Shown here one piece after another: positions 21,201 to 30,100 of a DNA stretch of 55,764 nucleotides. The stretch is taken from positions 1 through 55,764 of IMG/VR virus record IMGVR_UViG_3300020201_000022, one strand, 5' to 3'. Below the pieces are notes generated by a model. It saw only the letters and a list, made by a program, of their open reading frames with translations, did not search any database and was not told the origin of the DNA. Each line of letters starts with the position of its first letter. The stretch's first letter is position 1. A program made the translations under genes and the position numbers. Source of the stretch: a virus (taxonomy: Duplodnaviria > Caudoviricetes).

Positions 21201-22224
21201 ACCCGAGAAGCCTGGTATCACGCTGGACACTCGCACTAATGAAGCCGCCAAACCAGGCGACCAGCTCGGCATGTTCGGAGAAGTCGACAACGTACCAGGC
21301 GGTAAGCCAACACTCGATCGAGTTGGCGAAACGAAGGGGCGATCGGTCGGACTTTTCGAAACCGATGGCGACCCCGATCAAATGTTACTGTTCGATGATG
21401 GTGTAGCAACACCTGATCGGACTTGGAAACCGGACGAGAAACGAAAAACCAACTACGCGATTGCAATGTCGCTAACTAAACAAACTAAACGCTACAAGGG
21501 GCTCGCTACGCCAATAATGTGGACACTCACCGAAGACGAAGTTAAGCAGGTTAAATCCGGCGCTCGCACTTTGATTCGTATGCAAGACACCGACCAAGAC
21601 ACGATCATGATGTCACTTGGTCGATTGCAAGAGGAAAATCGAGTTCTGAGAATGGGCGTTGACGCAACAGGGCACAAACACAAAGACAAAGGACCGGGAG
21701 GCGGTCAGTTCACCAAAGGCGACGGCGGCGGCGACGGCGGTGGAGGTGGAGGAGGAGGAGGAGGAGGAGGAGGAAAAAGCACCGACTCAAAATCTGAACC
21801 ATCGAAAACCCAGCTACCAATATCACTAAGCGAAGTTGGTAACGGCGGAAAAACGCTCTATCGTGGCACGCGTGCTGGTAGCCGAGTAGACGAGTATCAA
21901 TTCTGGGCCGAGTCTAAATCCTACGCAGCTAGCTACGGAGGCGAAATCATTGTGGCTGAGATTTTAGACGAATCCAACATTCTTGATCTGCGGGGATGTA
22001 TCGACGAAAACGGCGACTATGACGGATCGAAAATCGAAGAGGCGTGCGAAGGTCTGGCCGAAGCGATGGGCATTGACGTGGAAACGACAATCGAGCGGGA
22101 GCGCCTATGGGACTGCTCGCCAGATGAACATGCTTCCGCTGTCGCTGTCCTCCGCGCTGCCGGATTTGCCGGGTGGCAGTGGTGGGAAGGCGACGACGAA
22201 GCGTATTGCTTGTTCGTGAGCTGA
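18271..22224 (+). CDS. Portal (Mu gp29/DUF935-like) fused to ParB-like domain and C-terminal ART-like domain (likely start GTG 18271)
   Basis: N-terminal portal-like region (GWSAGEV, YGTSA, QLIDPLLVLNFG); VDPARFQYK...VINGHHR ParB-like; poly-Gly then LYRGT...FWAES..YA..YG; GGAGGT RBS. Confidence 0.75.
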   Translation: MVKNNRNRIKSKPAAQTQTQKLNGQNRTITTTPGGKQADTSRYPSSGLYKPIPHIWFQHPVDLPPFTFATVRAMLMDEGIRLNFETRAAPIYGLTFGWEENGVWQEGIKCRDPGVAQFIFRQLQRIWKTFLPEILRSQIWGWSAGEVTLKLSEETGLIEINEMLSRHPMDCKLLKRGCERYGVRIERVEGGNVDLPFPYSWFHSYGSEDGEDYGTSAAYGAYSSWADKWFEGGAREVRRLFMHKDAYGGVDLTYPDGETYITGFDTPIPNKDIARQIVENIRAGGVTVRPSDRDENGNEKWTLSRATVASNPSHILQYPKDLDEEIRHGMGICDDVINSDSTGAWAGKKIPMQSFYSTLDSWVVKLLKELCVQLIDPLLVLNFGRKVEYETAFKPLAKQAMEQQGQGDGGDPNGVPQDMQGNEQPGQTGIPGGNDEPQPQPQADANAKPVGMSLADQVGSGAIDVRDLVSRAKELSLLRLSSATGDQTDNEFDYSPERIEALADILASIYGDKAEEVLDAILPEDKPMKLALWNPSDHPRGKNGQFVAKGTEEAYSLAKEKVDSAHRSRSPDSMSELMSHLNTLTTKQLHSLKKDYGTKASAKTKSALIAKLTERLTSGKHRTAEREDGTPVAPVRENVYTVPTGTLNVDPARFQYKVKGIGEKGVGEELKGTSKWVPELGGVLLVWRDPENGKDFVINGHHRHELATRAGTEQLNARYIDAPTAKHARAIGALANIAQGHGTAIDAAKYLRDSGKDVEHLKRSGISMSGRVASDAASLVDLSDKSFAAVAQGKMEEDKAVAVAKHLKDHTLQDKLFKKIWQLEDDGKDWSIREVEAASKKMSRAGIFKDTGTDLFGDWESEESTFDQEVELESFINRAFATEANDFAAVSSTRRAERVSETGNVLNVDANLQKRDSARASLSDFDREVGLKGPVAEAIKAQAARLAKATKKADRESIKKTTLDEVRKVLSAMQSPEPEKPGITLDTRTNEAAKPGDQLGMFGEVDNVPGGKPTLDRVGETKGRSVGLFETDGDPDQMLLFDDGVATPDRTWKPDEKRKTNYAIAMSLTKQTKRYKGLATPIMWTLTEDEVKQVKSGARTLIRMQDTDQDTIMMSLGRLQEENRVLRMGVDATGHKHKDKGPGGGQFTKGDGGGDGGGGGGGGGGGGGKSTDSKSEPSKTQLPISLSEVGNGGKTLYRGTRAGSRVDEYQFWAESKSYAASYGGEIIVAEILDESNILDLRGCIDENGDYDGSKIEEACEGLAEAMGIDVETTIERERLWDCSPDEHASAVAVLRAAGFAGWQWWEGDDEAYCLFVS
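21472..21733 (+). repeat. Cassette repeat copy 1 (in frame in the portal fusion)
   Basis: Homologous to 22236-22497; encodes MWTLTEDE...HKHKDKGPGGGQFTKGDGGG. Confidence 0.9.
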
Positions 22225-22235
22225 TCCCACGATGA

Positions 22236-22497
22236 CTAACTAAACAAACTGAACACTATAAGGGGCTCGCTATGCCGACAATGTGGACACTCACCGAAGA
22301 CGAAGCCAAGCAAGTTGAAGCCGGCGCTCGCACTTTGATTCGGATGCAAGATTCTGACCAAGACACAATCATGATGTCACTTGGTCGATTGCAAGAGGAA
22401 AATCGAGTTCTGAGAATGGGCGTTGACGCAACAGGTCATAAGCACAAAGACAAAGGACCGGGAGGCGGTCAGTTCACTAAAGGCGACGGCGGCGGTG
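22236..22497 (+). repeat. Cassette repeat copy 2 (5' end of the zeta-toxin gene)
   Basis: Homologous to 21472-21733. Confidence 0.9.
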
Positions 22498-23360
22498 GTG
22501 GTAGCGACAGCAAGCCGCAGAAAACGCAAGAGTCAGCACCAACCAGCCAATCGCCAAAAGCACCCGCAGCAGTACCGCAAGCCGATGCGCCCGCAGCCGC
22601 TAAGCCTTTGCCTGTCTCTGCCGGCGCTGTAAACAAAGAGGGACGCGACACGTTTGAACAACACCAGGTCAACGGCCAGTGGTCACCCGAACGTCAGAAG
22701 CTACACCAGGAAATCGTTGACAAGCATTTTTCCGGTAAGAAACCAGCTCCTAAAGGATCTGCCATTGCCTACGTTCTTGGCGGCGGTCCGGCTTCAGGCA
22801 AGTCGAGCATCGTCAATGGCGGACACGTAGCAATCGATCCAGACACGATTCACATTGACAGCGATGCAATCAAAGCCGAGTTGCCAGAGTACAACGAAAT
22901 GCTGCAAGCGAAAGACCATCGCGCAGCCTCGCATGTCCACGAAGAGTCAAGCCACGTTGCCAAGATGATCCAAGACAAAGCCAGTCGCGGCGGATACCAC
23001 ACTTTGCTTGACGGCACTGGCGATTCGAGCTTTGAATCGCTCAAAGGCAAGATTGACAAAATGCGAGCATCAGGCCAACGCGTGGTAGGACAATACGTGA
23101 CTGTCCCTACAGAGTTAGCCATTCAACGGAACATCGAACGCGCCAAGAAGACTGGTAGACTCCCCCCAGAATCGATGTTGAGAGCGTGTCACTCTTCTGT
23201 TTCCGCAATCGTTCCACAAGCAATTGAGGCTGGACTGTTCGATCAGTTCGACCTATGGGACACTGAAAACGGCGTTGTCAACGTAGCAAAAGTCGAGAAT
23301 GGAAAGCTGAACATCCTGGACCAAAAGCTATGGGAAAAGTTTAAGGCAAAAGCCTCGTAA
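22272..23360 (+). CDS. Zeta-toxin family P-loop kinase with cassette N-terminus
   Basis: LGGGPASGKS, IDSDAIK..LPEY, HEESS, LLDGT, R...TGR..P. Confidence 0.85.
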   Translation: MPTMWTLTEDEAKQVEAGARTLIRMQDSDQDTIMMSLGRLQEENRVLRMGVDATGHKHKDKGPGGGQFTKGDGGGGGSDSKPQKTQESAPTSQSPKAPAAVPQADAPAAAKPLPVSAGAVNKEGRDTFEQHQVNGQWSPERQKLHQEIVDKHFSGKKPAPKGSAIAYVLGGGPASGKSSIVNGGHVAIDPDTIHIDSDAIKAELPEYNEMLQAKDHRAASHVHEESSHVAKMIQDKASRGGYHTLLDGTGDSSFESLKGKIDKMRASGQRVVGQYVTVPTELAIQRNIERAKKTGRLPPESMLRACHSSVSAIVPQAIEAGLFDQFDLWDTENGVVNVAKVENGKLNILDQKLWEKFKAKAS

Positions 23361-23451
23361 ATTTCGAGCAATGTGAGTCTTCACAAAGCGAAGTAATTGA
23401 GTCTGCTATTCGGCGAACAAAAGATTTTAAGGACTGGAAAAGGGGTAACAA

Positions 23452-23631
23452 ATGATTCCAACAGAAGTAGCAGAGCGAATTCTTGTCGAGGTTAATCAGG
23501 AAAAAGAACCGAAAAAACCCGACACACCGGAAGAAGCCGAGTTTCGAAAGCAGTTGGAAAAAGAGTGTGCTGATATTGCGGCACAAGGCTATGCTGTGGA
23601 CGTTCCTCGAGAAATCACTGTAGCGGACTGA
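23452..23631 (+). CDS. Small acidic protein, putative immunity/antitoxin (59 aa, below ORF-track cutoff)
   Basis: AGGGG RBS; MIPTEVAERIL...DTPEEAEFRKQLEKE...GYAVDVPRE; directly after zeta toxin. Confidence 0.6.
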   Translation: MIPTEVAERILVEVNQEKEPKKPDTPEEAEFRKQLEKECADIAAQGYAVDVPREITVAD

Positions 23632-23636
23632 AACGA

Positions 23637-23673
23637 AAAAACCCCTGAGTCAACGGGAATGGACTCAGGGGTT
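23637..23673. terminator. Hairpin, terminator-like (T run on the minus strand)
   Basis: acccctgagtc...gactcaggggt preceded by an A run. Confidence 0.6.
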
Positions 23674-23738
23674 AGCGGGAGCAGAGCGGGAAACTCAGCA
23701 GATGGTAATTTATCACACCTTTTGCCGGAAGCAATACT

Positions 23739-24041
23739 ATGATCGGAATCAAGCCGCAAACTTCTGTTCTCGCTACTGCCGAATCTATCGCGCCTTGGAA
23801 GCAGCGCGTTCTAGAGGAAAAAGAGCAACTTTGCGACAAGATCGGCAAGTTGGCTGCATTCATTGCGGGTGAAGCGTTCCGAAATCTTCCAGAATCTGAG
23901 CAGTTGCGCATGGCTCGCCAACTTCAGTCTATGCAGGAATACCGCACCATCCTCAGCGAGCGCATTGACGCTTGGCTAAGCGCAGTGGTTAACGTCCCGA
24001 CAGATCCGCCACAAACCGAAGTTGAAACCGTTTCCGAGTAA
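23739..24041 (+). CDS. crAss001_48-like small helical protein
   Basis: QRVLEEK.QL.DKI.KL.AF...F..L...EQ....QL..M..Y..IL.ERI. Confidence 0.6.
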   Translation: MIGIKPQTSVLATAESIAPWKQRVLEEKEQLCDKIGKLAAFIAGEAFRNLPESEQLRMARQLQSMQEYRTILSERIDAWLSAVVNVPTDPPQTEVETVSE

Positions 24042-24130
24042 TCGGAGTGAGGAAACTATGCACCGCCGCCCCCATTCGGGTGCGATAATAGGGGGCCCAA
24101 CTTTTAATAAGCAGTCGGATTGAGGAAACT

Positions 24131-27100
24131 ATGCACCGTCAAATGGATTCGGTAGTCGGTACTTCATTACTTGGCGCAGTCGGACTGGCGGAAGCGTTCC
24201 TGGATCAAATTGCCATGAATGCGACCGGTGATGACGTTTGGAGCCGTAACGCTGCGTTGGAAGCGATCCGCGCCGGCGTACAGGCATTCGAGCCGCTGCT
24301 GGCTGCTCACTTATCGGACGCTGTTCTAGCCGGTTGGATCACTGGCTATGACAACGTTGCATCGCAGTTTCCACCGTGGCTACAACAAGAGTTCACTGAC
24401 TCGATTCGCAGGCGACCACCAGTTGACCCACCGGAGTTCAACTTGTTCGGCATGTTCGACCGAGAGCCAAAGCTGCGCCTGATCAACGTCGAGAACGCAG
24501 CTAAACGATTGATGGAAAAGGGGATTCTCACTCGACCTGAATTTGACTCAGCGACGGAGCAAGCACAACGCCAAGCGTTCACGATCGCGGGAGGGCTCGG
24601 CGCTGACACTATCGACCGGATGCGGTTCATGCTCAACACGGAGCTGAATGAAGGGCCAAGCCTGAAGGGATTCACGAATCGCATTACGGAAATGCTCGAC
24701 ACAAGCCCGATCGGACCAGGGCATCTCGAGAACGTCTACCGCACCAATCTGCAAGCGGCCTATCGTGACGGGCGCGAGACTCTGCGTAGTGATCCGGTCG
24801 TTGCGGCTACGTTCCCGTACCAAGCGTACATCGCGGTTCATGATGCACGCGCCAGGCACGAACATAGGGAGCTAGAAAAGTTCGGGCTCAATGGCACGAA
24901 CATCTACCGTTCAGACGATCCGTTTTGGGACTACTTCACTCCGCCTTGGGATTACAACTGTCGCTGTGGTGTGCAAATGCTGACACTCGAACAGGCAGCG
25001 GCGCGAGGAGTCAAAGAGGCTCAAGAATGGTTGCGAACCGGTCGCGCGCCGATCAACCCACAATTCCGCTACTCGCAAATACCGTTCGATCACACCGAAG
25101 GATTCGGGCACCGTGGCAACGTGGGCGTCATCATGATGTCATCGGTGCGAGCCCCCAGCGGATACAGCAAGACCGAACCGCTCGTAATCAACGGACGAGA
25201 GTACATTGGCGGGCAATTTATTCCAGGGGACGAGATTCAGCACGCCACAGCCTCGCAGAAAAAGGAACTTGAATCGGGAAAAAAAGCTCAAAACGATGCT
25301 CCATCACCAGCGAAAGCCCCCAAGCTCGACGGACCAGAGCCACCATCGCACTGGGTTAACACAATAGCAACCAAGCATGGCATCAAGCTTAAAAGCGGCT
25401 ACGGAGCCAAGATGTTCTGGGACCCTAAAGCCTCTTCTCGCGGATGGTACTTTCAACTAACCGGACCGGATGGAAAGCAGTCGTTTGCCGACCGCTACAC
25501 GGACGCCACAGGCGCAGCCAAGCACGCGGCAACGCTACTCCACGCTAGAGGACTTAATCAGCCGGTCGAAGCGAAACAGCCTAAGCCTAGCGAACCCAAG
25601 CCAGCGAAAGAGCGGGCACCGAAGCGCGAGGTGAAAACCAATCAAGGCAACTGGCACTACCAAAGCACCGAATTCGTTTCACGCGGAGCCAAGACGAAGT
25701 TCAACGATAACCTTGCGGCGCTGCGTACCCTAAAGACGATCGAACTGGAGCAGCGACCGGCCACGAAGGATGAACAAGCAGTTCTCTCGAAGTTTGTCGG
25801 CTGGGGACAATTTCCACAGGCGTTTGATGGTAATCATCGCAATCACGAATACAGTAAGTGGTCGAAAGAACGCGACGAGCTTCTCGAGTTGGTTGGGCAA
25901 ACGGCGTTTGCTTCTGCGAGGGCATCGACGATCAACAGCCACTACACCGCACCAGATGTTATCGAAGCACATTGGAAAATGGCGGAACGGCTGGGATTCA
26001 AGGGCGGCAAGTATCTCGAACCCGCGGTGGGCGGTGGCTACTATATCGGTCTAATGCCAGGTCACTTGGCGGAAAAAACCAACGTCACAGCCGTTGAAAT
26101 GGATAAGACCGCCGGTGCAATTTCGCAAGCACTTTACCCAGCGGCTAACGTCCACGTCAGCCCGTTTCAGAATCACGCAACACCCAACAACTTCTTTGAC
26201 CTAGTTGCGACCAACGTGCCGTTTGGAGCAATCCCCATAAGTGACCCGAAGTATCGCGCAATGAAGCCGATGGTTCACGATTACTACTTCCTGCGCTCGG
26301 TCGACACCGCTAAGCCTGGCGGTCTGATCATGCACATCACCAGCGCCGGAACGATGGACAAGCTGGACAAGCGAGTGCGCAAACACATTGACGACAATTG
26401 CGAGCTCGTTTCCGCGATTCGGTTTCCCGGTGGTGCGCATAAGGACAACGCTGGCACCGAAGTTGTTACCGACATGCTGATTCTACGCAAGAAGAACCCC
26501 ACAATCCCAGCGACCACCGATGAAACGCCAACGGAAGCGCAACCAGGGCACCATCGTTTCACTGGGACAACCGTAGATTCGCTTGGCCGCATCTACCACT
26601 GGGTAGACGGCGTTCGAGTCGCGGCACCACGCTGGGACGATACAGTGCAAGTTCCCGACCCTGACGGCGGCGACCCTATCACGATCAATCGCTACTTCGC
26701 CGAACATCCAGAACAAATGCTTGGACGGCTGGATCGAACCGGGACGATGTACTCAGGCAACCAGAAGAACGTTACGAAGAGTGACAACTACGACGAGATG
26801 CTGCAACAAGCAATCGATCGGCTACCCGAGAACATTGTAAGGACCGGCAATCAAGCACCGGACGAACCCGACGATTCGCGAATGATGGTGAAACCTGGCA
26901 GTCGTTTCCTCGACGGTCAGTATGTATTGCAAGACGGAAAGATTTACCAGCACAAAGACGGAGCATTGGAGCCGCAAGAATTCGACAAGCCAACGACTGA
27001 ACGCGTATTAGGGCAAATTGCAATCCGCGATGCAGCACGCGATCTACTGACTGCGCAGCGCTATGGCGGCGACATAGAAGGAGCACGCGAGCGACTGAAT

Positions 27101-30100
27101 GGACTCTACGATGAATACACTGCGAAACACGGTTCGCTACATGACGTAATGAATCGTCGAGCAATGAAGGTCGACCCCGACGCGCCATTCCTGCTTTCCC
27201 TGGAGCATTACAACAGCACTACTAAGCGCGCAGCGAAAGCGGACTTATTTTCGGTCGACACAATCGTTCCTGACGTACGCGCCGACAAAGCAGGCTCGAT
27301 TCCCGAAGCTATTGGAATCACGCTCCACGAAACTGGGGTAGTCGACCTGGACCGCATTGCACAACTGACTGGCAAATCTACCGAAGAGATTGGAGACGAA
27401 CTTGTATCGACTGGACTCGCATTTGACGACCCTAGCACCGGATGGCAATCTGCATCGGAGTATTTGAGCGGTAACACGCGCCGCAAGCTACTTGAGGCAA
27501 AAGCCGCTGCCGCCGCTGATCCTCGCTACGAACCAAACGTCGCAGCGTTAGAGCGCTTGCAGCCGGTCGACATTGAACCGGAAGAGATTGGAATCAAGCT
27601 CGGTTCTCCCTGGGTGCCTACAGCAATCGTCCAACAATTCGCCGCCGAAACTCTCGGTGCGAGAATGGACGAAGTGGAAATCAAGTACACGCCTGAACTT
27701 CAAGAGTGGCGAGTCAATCTTAATTCAATGCTTCACCATCGTCATTCGAACCGAAACGTATGGGGCGTGAAAAACGACAATGACGAAATTGTGTTTTCGT
27801 TTGAACACGCTATCAAAGCGGCATTGCATGGCAAGCAGCCGGTTATCCGTAGCGCAATGTCTGATGAAAATGGGAACCACCCGATCTTAGTGGAGCAAAC
27901 AAACGAAGCCTTGCAGAAAGTGGAAGAGTTAAAAGCGCAGTATAAGGATTGGGTTTGGTCGGATCCAGAGCGAGCGGAGAAACTGGCGAGGATCTACAAC
28001 GACACGCAGAACAACGTAGTCCCTCGGCACTTTGACGGCTCGCATCAGTCGTTCCCAGGCATGAACGCCAATTTCCAAATGCGGCAACTTCAAAAAGACT
28101 TCGTTTGGCGAGTGGTCACAACCGGCAAGGGAATGGCGGCGCACGAAGTCGGTACAGGGAAAACGGCCAGCATGATTGCATCGGCGATGGAGCTGCGCCG
28201 GCTAGGGCTGGCAAAGAAGCCTACGCTCGCATGTCTGAAGGGCAATATCGAGCAGATCACGAAGGAAGCACTCAATCTTTACCCGAACGCCAAGATACTC
28301 AGCACATCCGGCAACTTCGACGCAGCCAATCGCCAAAAAGTGCTCAACCAGATTGCCACAGGCGATTACGACTTGATCATCATGACTCATGACCATCTGG
28401 AAGCGATGAGCCTAAAACCGGAAACACTCTCAAAGTTTATTACGGAAGAAGTCGACGAGATTCAACATGCGATCGATGCCGCCAAAGCATTAGACCATAG
28501 CAATGCGCAAAAGTCTGAGGTCAAAAATCTCGAGAGGAAAAAGCAGGTTTTGAAAGAAAAACTAAAGAAAGCTTTAGCCGAAGAGACGAAGGACAAAGTG
28601 TTTTTTGAGGATACCGGCATCGACCAACTATTCGTCGACGAGGCGCATCATTTCAAAAGCCTGCCTTGCCATTCTCGCGAGAAACTAAAGGGCGTTCCAA
28701 GCGGTCGCTCAGACCGAGCAACCGACATGCTCGCAAAGACTCGCCACATTCTCGACGCCAACAACGGACGCGGAGTTGTATTCGCAACTGGAACGCCAAT
28801 CGTCAACACGATGGCAGAGCTATACGTGATGCAGCGGTATCTGCAACCGGATGCACTCAAGGAACGCGGCCTGCACCACTTCGATAGCTGGAAAGACACC
28901 TACGGCGAAACCAAGACCGATTTTGAGTTCAAGCTGAGTGGCGAAGTCGCTCAGACATCTCGCTTCTCGCAGTTTATGAACCTTCCAGAGTTGCGACATT
29001 TGAGCTCGGAGTTCATGGACATCCAGCGCGCCGATAATCTCAAGCGCGATGACGGCTCTCCGATTATTGTTCGACCAGTCAAGCACGATCAAGTTGTTGT
29101 CAGCGAGACAAACGATTCGGTAAAAGGCATGATGGCTGAAATTGAAAGCCGCGCTCTTGCGCTCCAGACCGCCAGGCTTAGCGGTGTCGACCGAGCGCAG
29201 ATGATGGCTGAAATTGAAAGCCGCGCTCTTGCGCTCAAGGGTAAACGCCCCGGTGGCAAAGGTAAAGACAACATGCTCAGCGTTTGCAACGATGCAAGAG
29301 CTGGATCGATCGATATGCGACTGATCGACGCGGAAGCGGAAGACCACCCCGAAAGCAAAGCCAACCGAGCGGTGCGGGAAGTGGTGCGACTGTATCACGA
29401 CCACCCCGGCAAGACTCAGTGCGTATTTAGCGATCTAGGTATCAATCCGACCAAGGCTAGCGGATTCAGCTTGTTCGCGGATATGAAGCAAAAGCTAGTC
29501 GACGCAGGCATTCCTCATGCCCACATCGTAGACTTTTCCGACGATGCGATGAAAGGCGCAAAGCGACAAGATACGATCGGTGCAATGCGCCGCGGTGATG
29601 CAAGGATTGCGTTTGGCTCGACAAAGCGACTCGGAACCGGCACAAACATTCAACCCAAACTACTCGCGGTTCATCACTTGGACATTCCCTACATTCCCGC
29701 AGCGCTCGAGCAACGCGACGGACGCGGCTATCGTTCCGGCAATCAGAACAAAGATTTTCATGTTTACAAGTATGTCCAACAAGGCTCAGCCGACCCGCTG
29801 TTCTGGCAGATACTTGCCCGCAAAACCGGATTCATCAATCAGTACATGCTTGGCGAAAGCAGCGCTCGCACAATGGAAGACATTAACGCGGAATCGCTGA
29901 CACCCGACGAAATGATTAACGTGGCTAGCGGTGGCTCAGACGCAATGGAACGCATCAGGACAGAGCAGGAAGTCAGTAAGCTACAGAGGGCACGACTACG
30001 GCACGAAGTTGACCAGACGCGGCTAGCGAAGTCGCTTTCCGAAGCTGATGAGCACCGCGCAGAGTTGCGGCAAGAACACGCAGCTCGCAGTCAGGACCAC

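Noticed and set aside
21720-21775. GGA/GGC microsatellite as a phase-variation switch
   Set aside because: Triplet repeat keeps the frame; simply a poly-Gly linker.
7946-25130. Transposable Mu-type phage
   Set aside because: Head genes are Mu-like but no MuA/MuB is recognisable; RecET, Rep and RusA are present instead.
29129-29236. Functional mini-CRISPR array
   Set aside because: Only two repeats, which are coding sequence of the helicase; no leader or cas genes. Better read as an integration scar.
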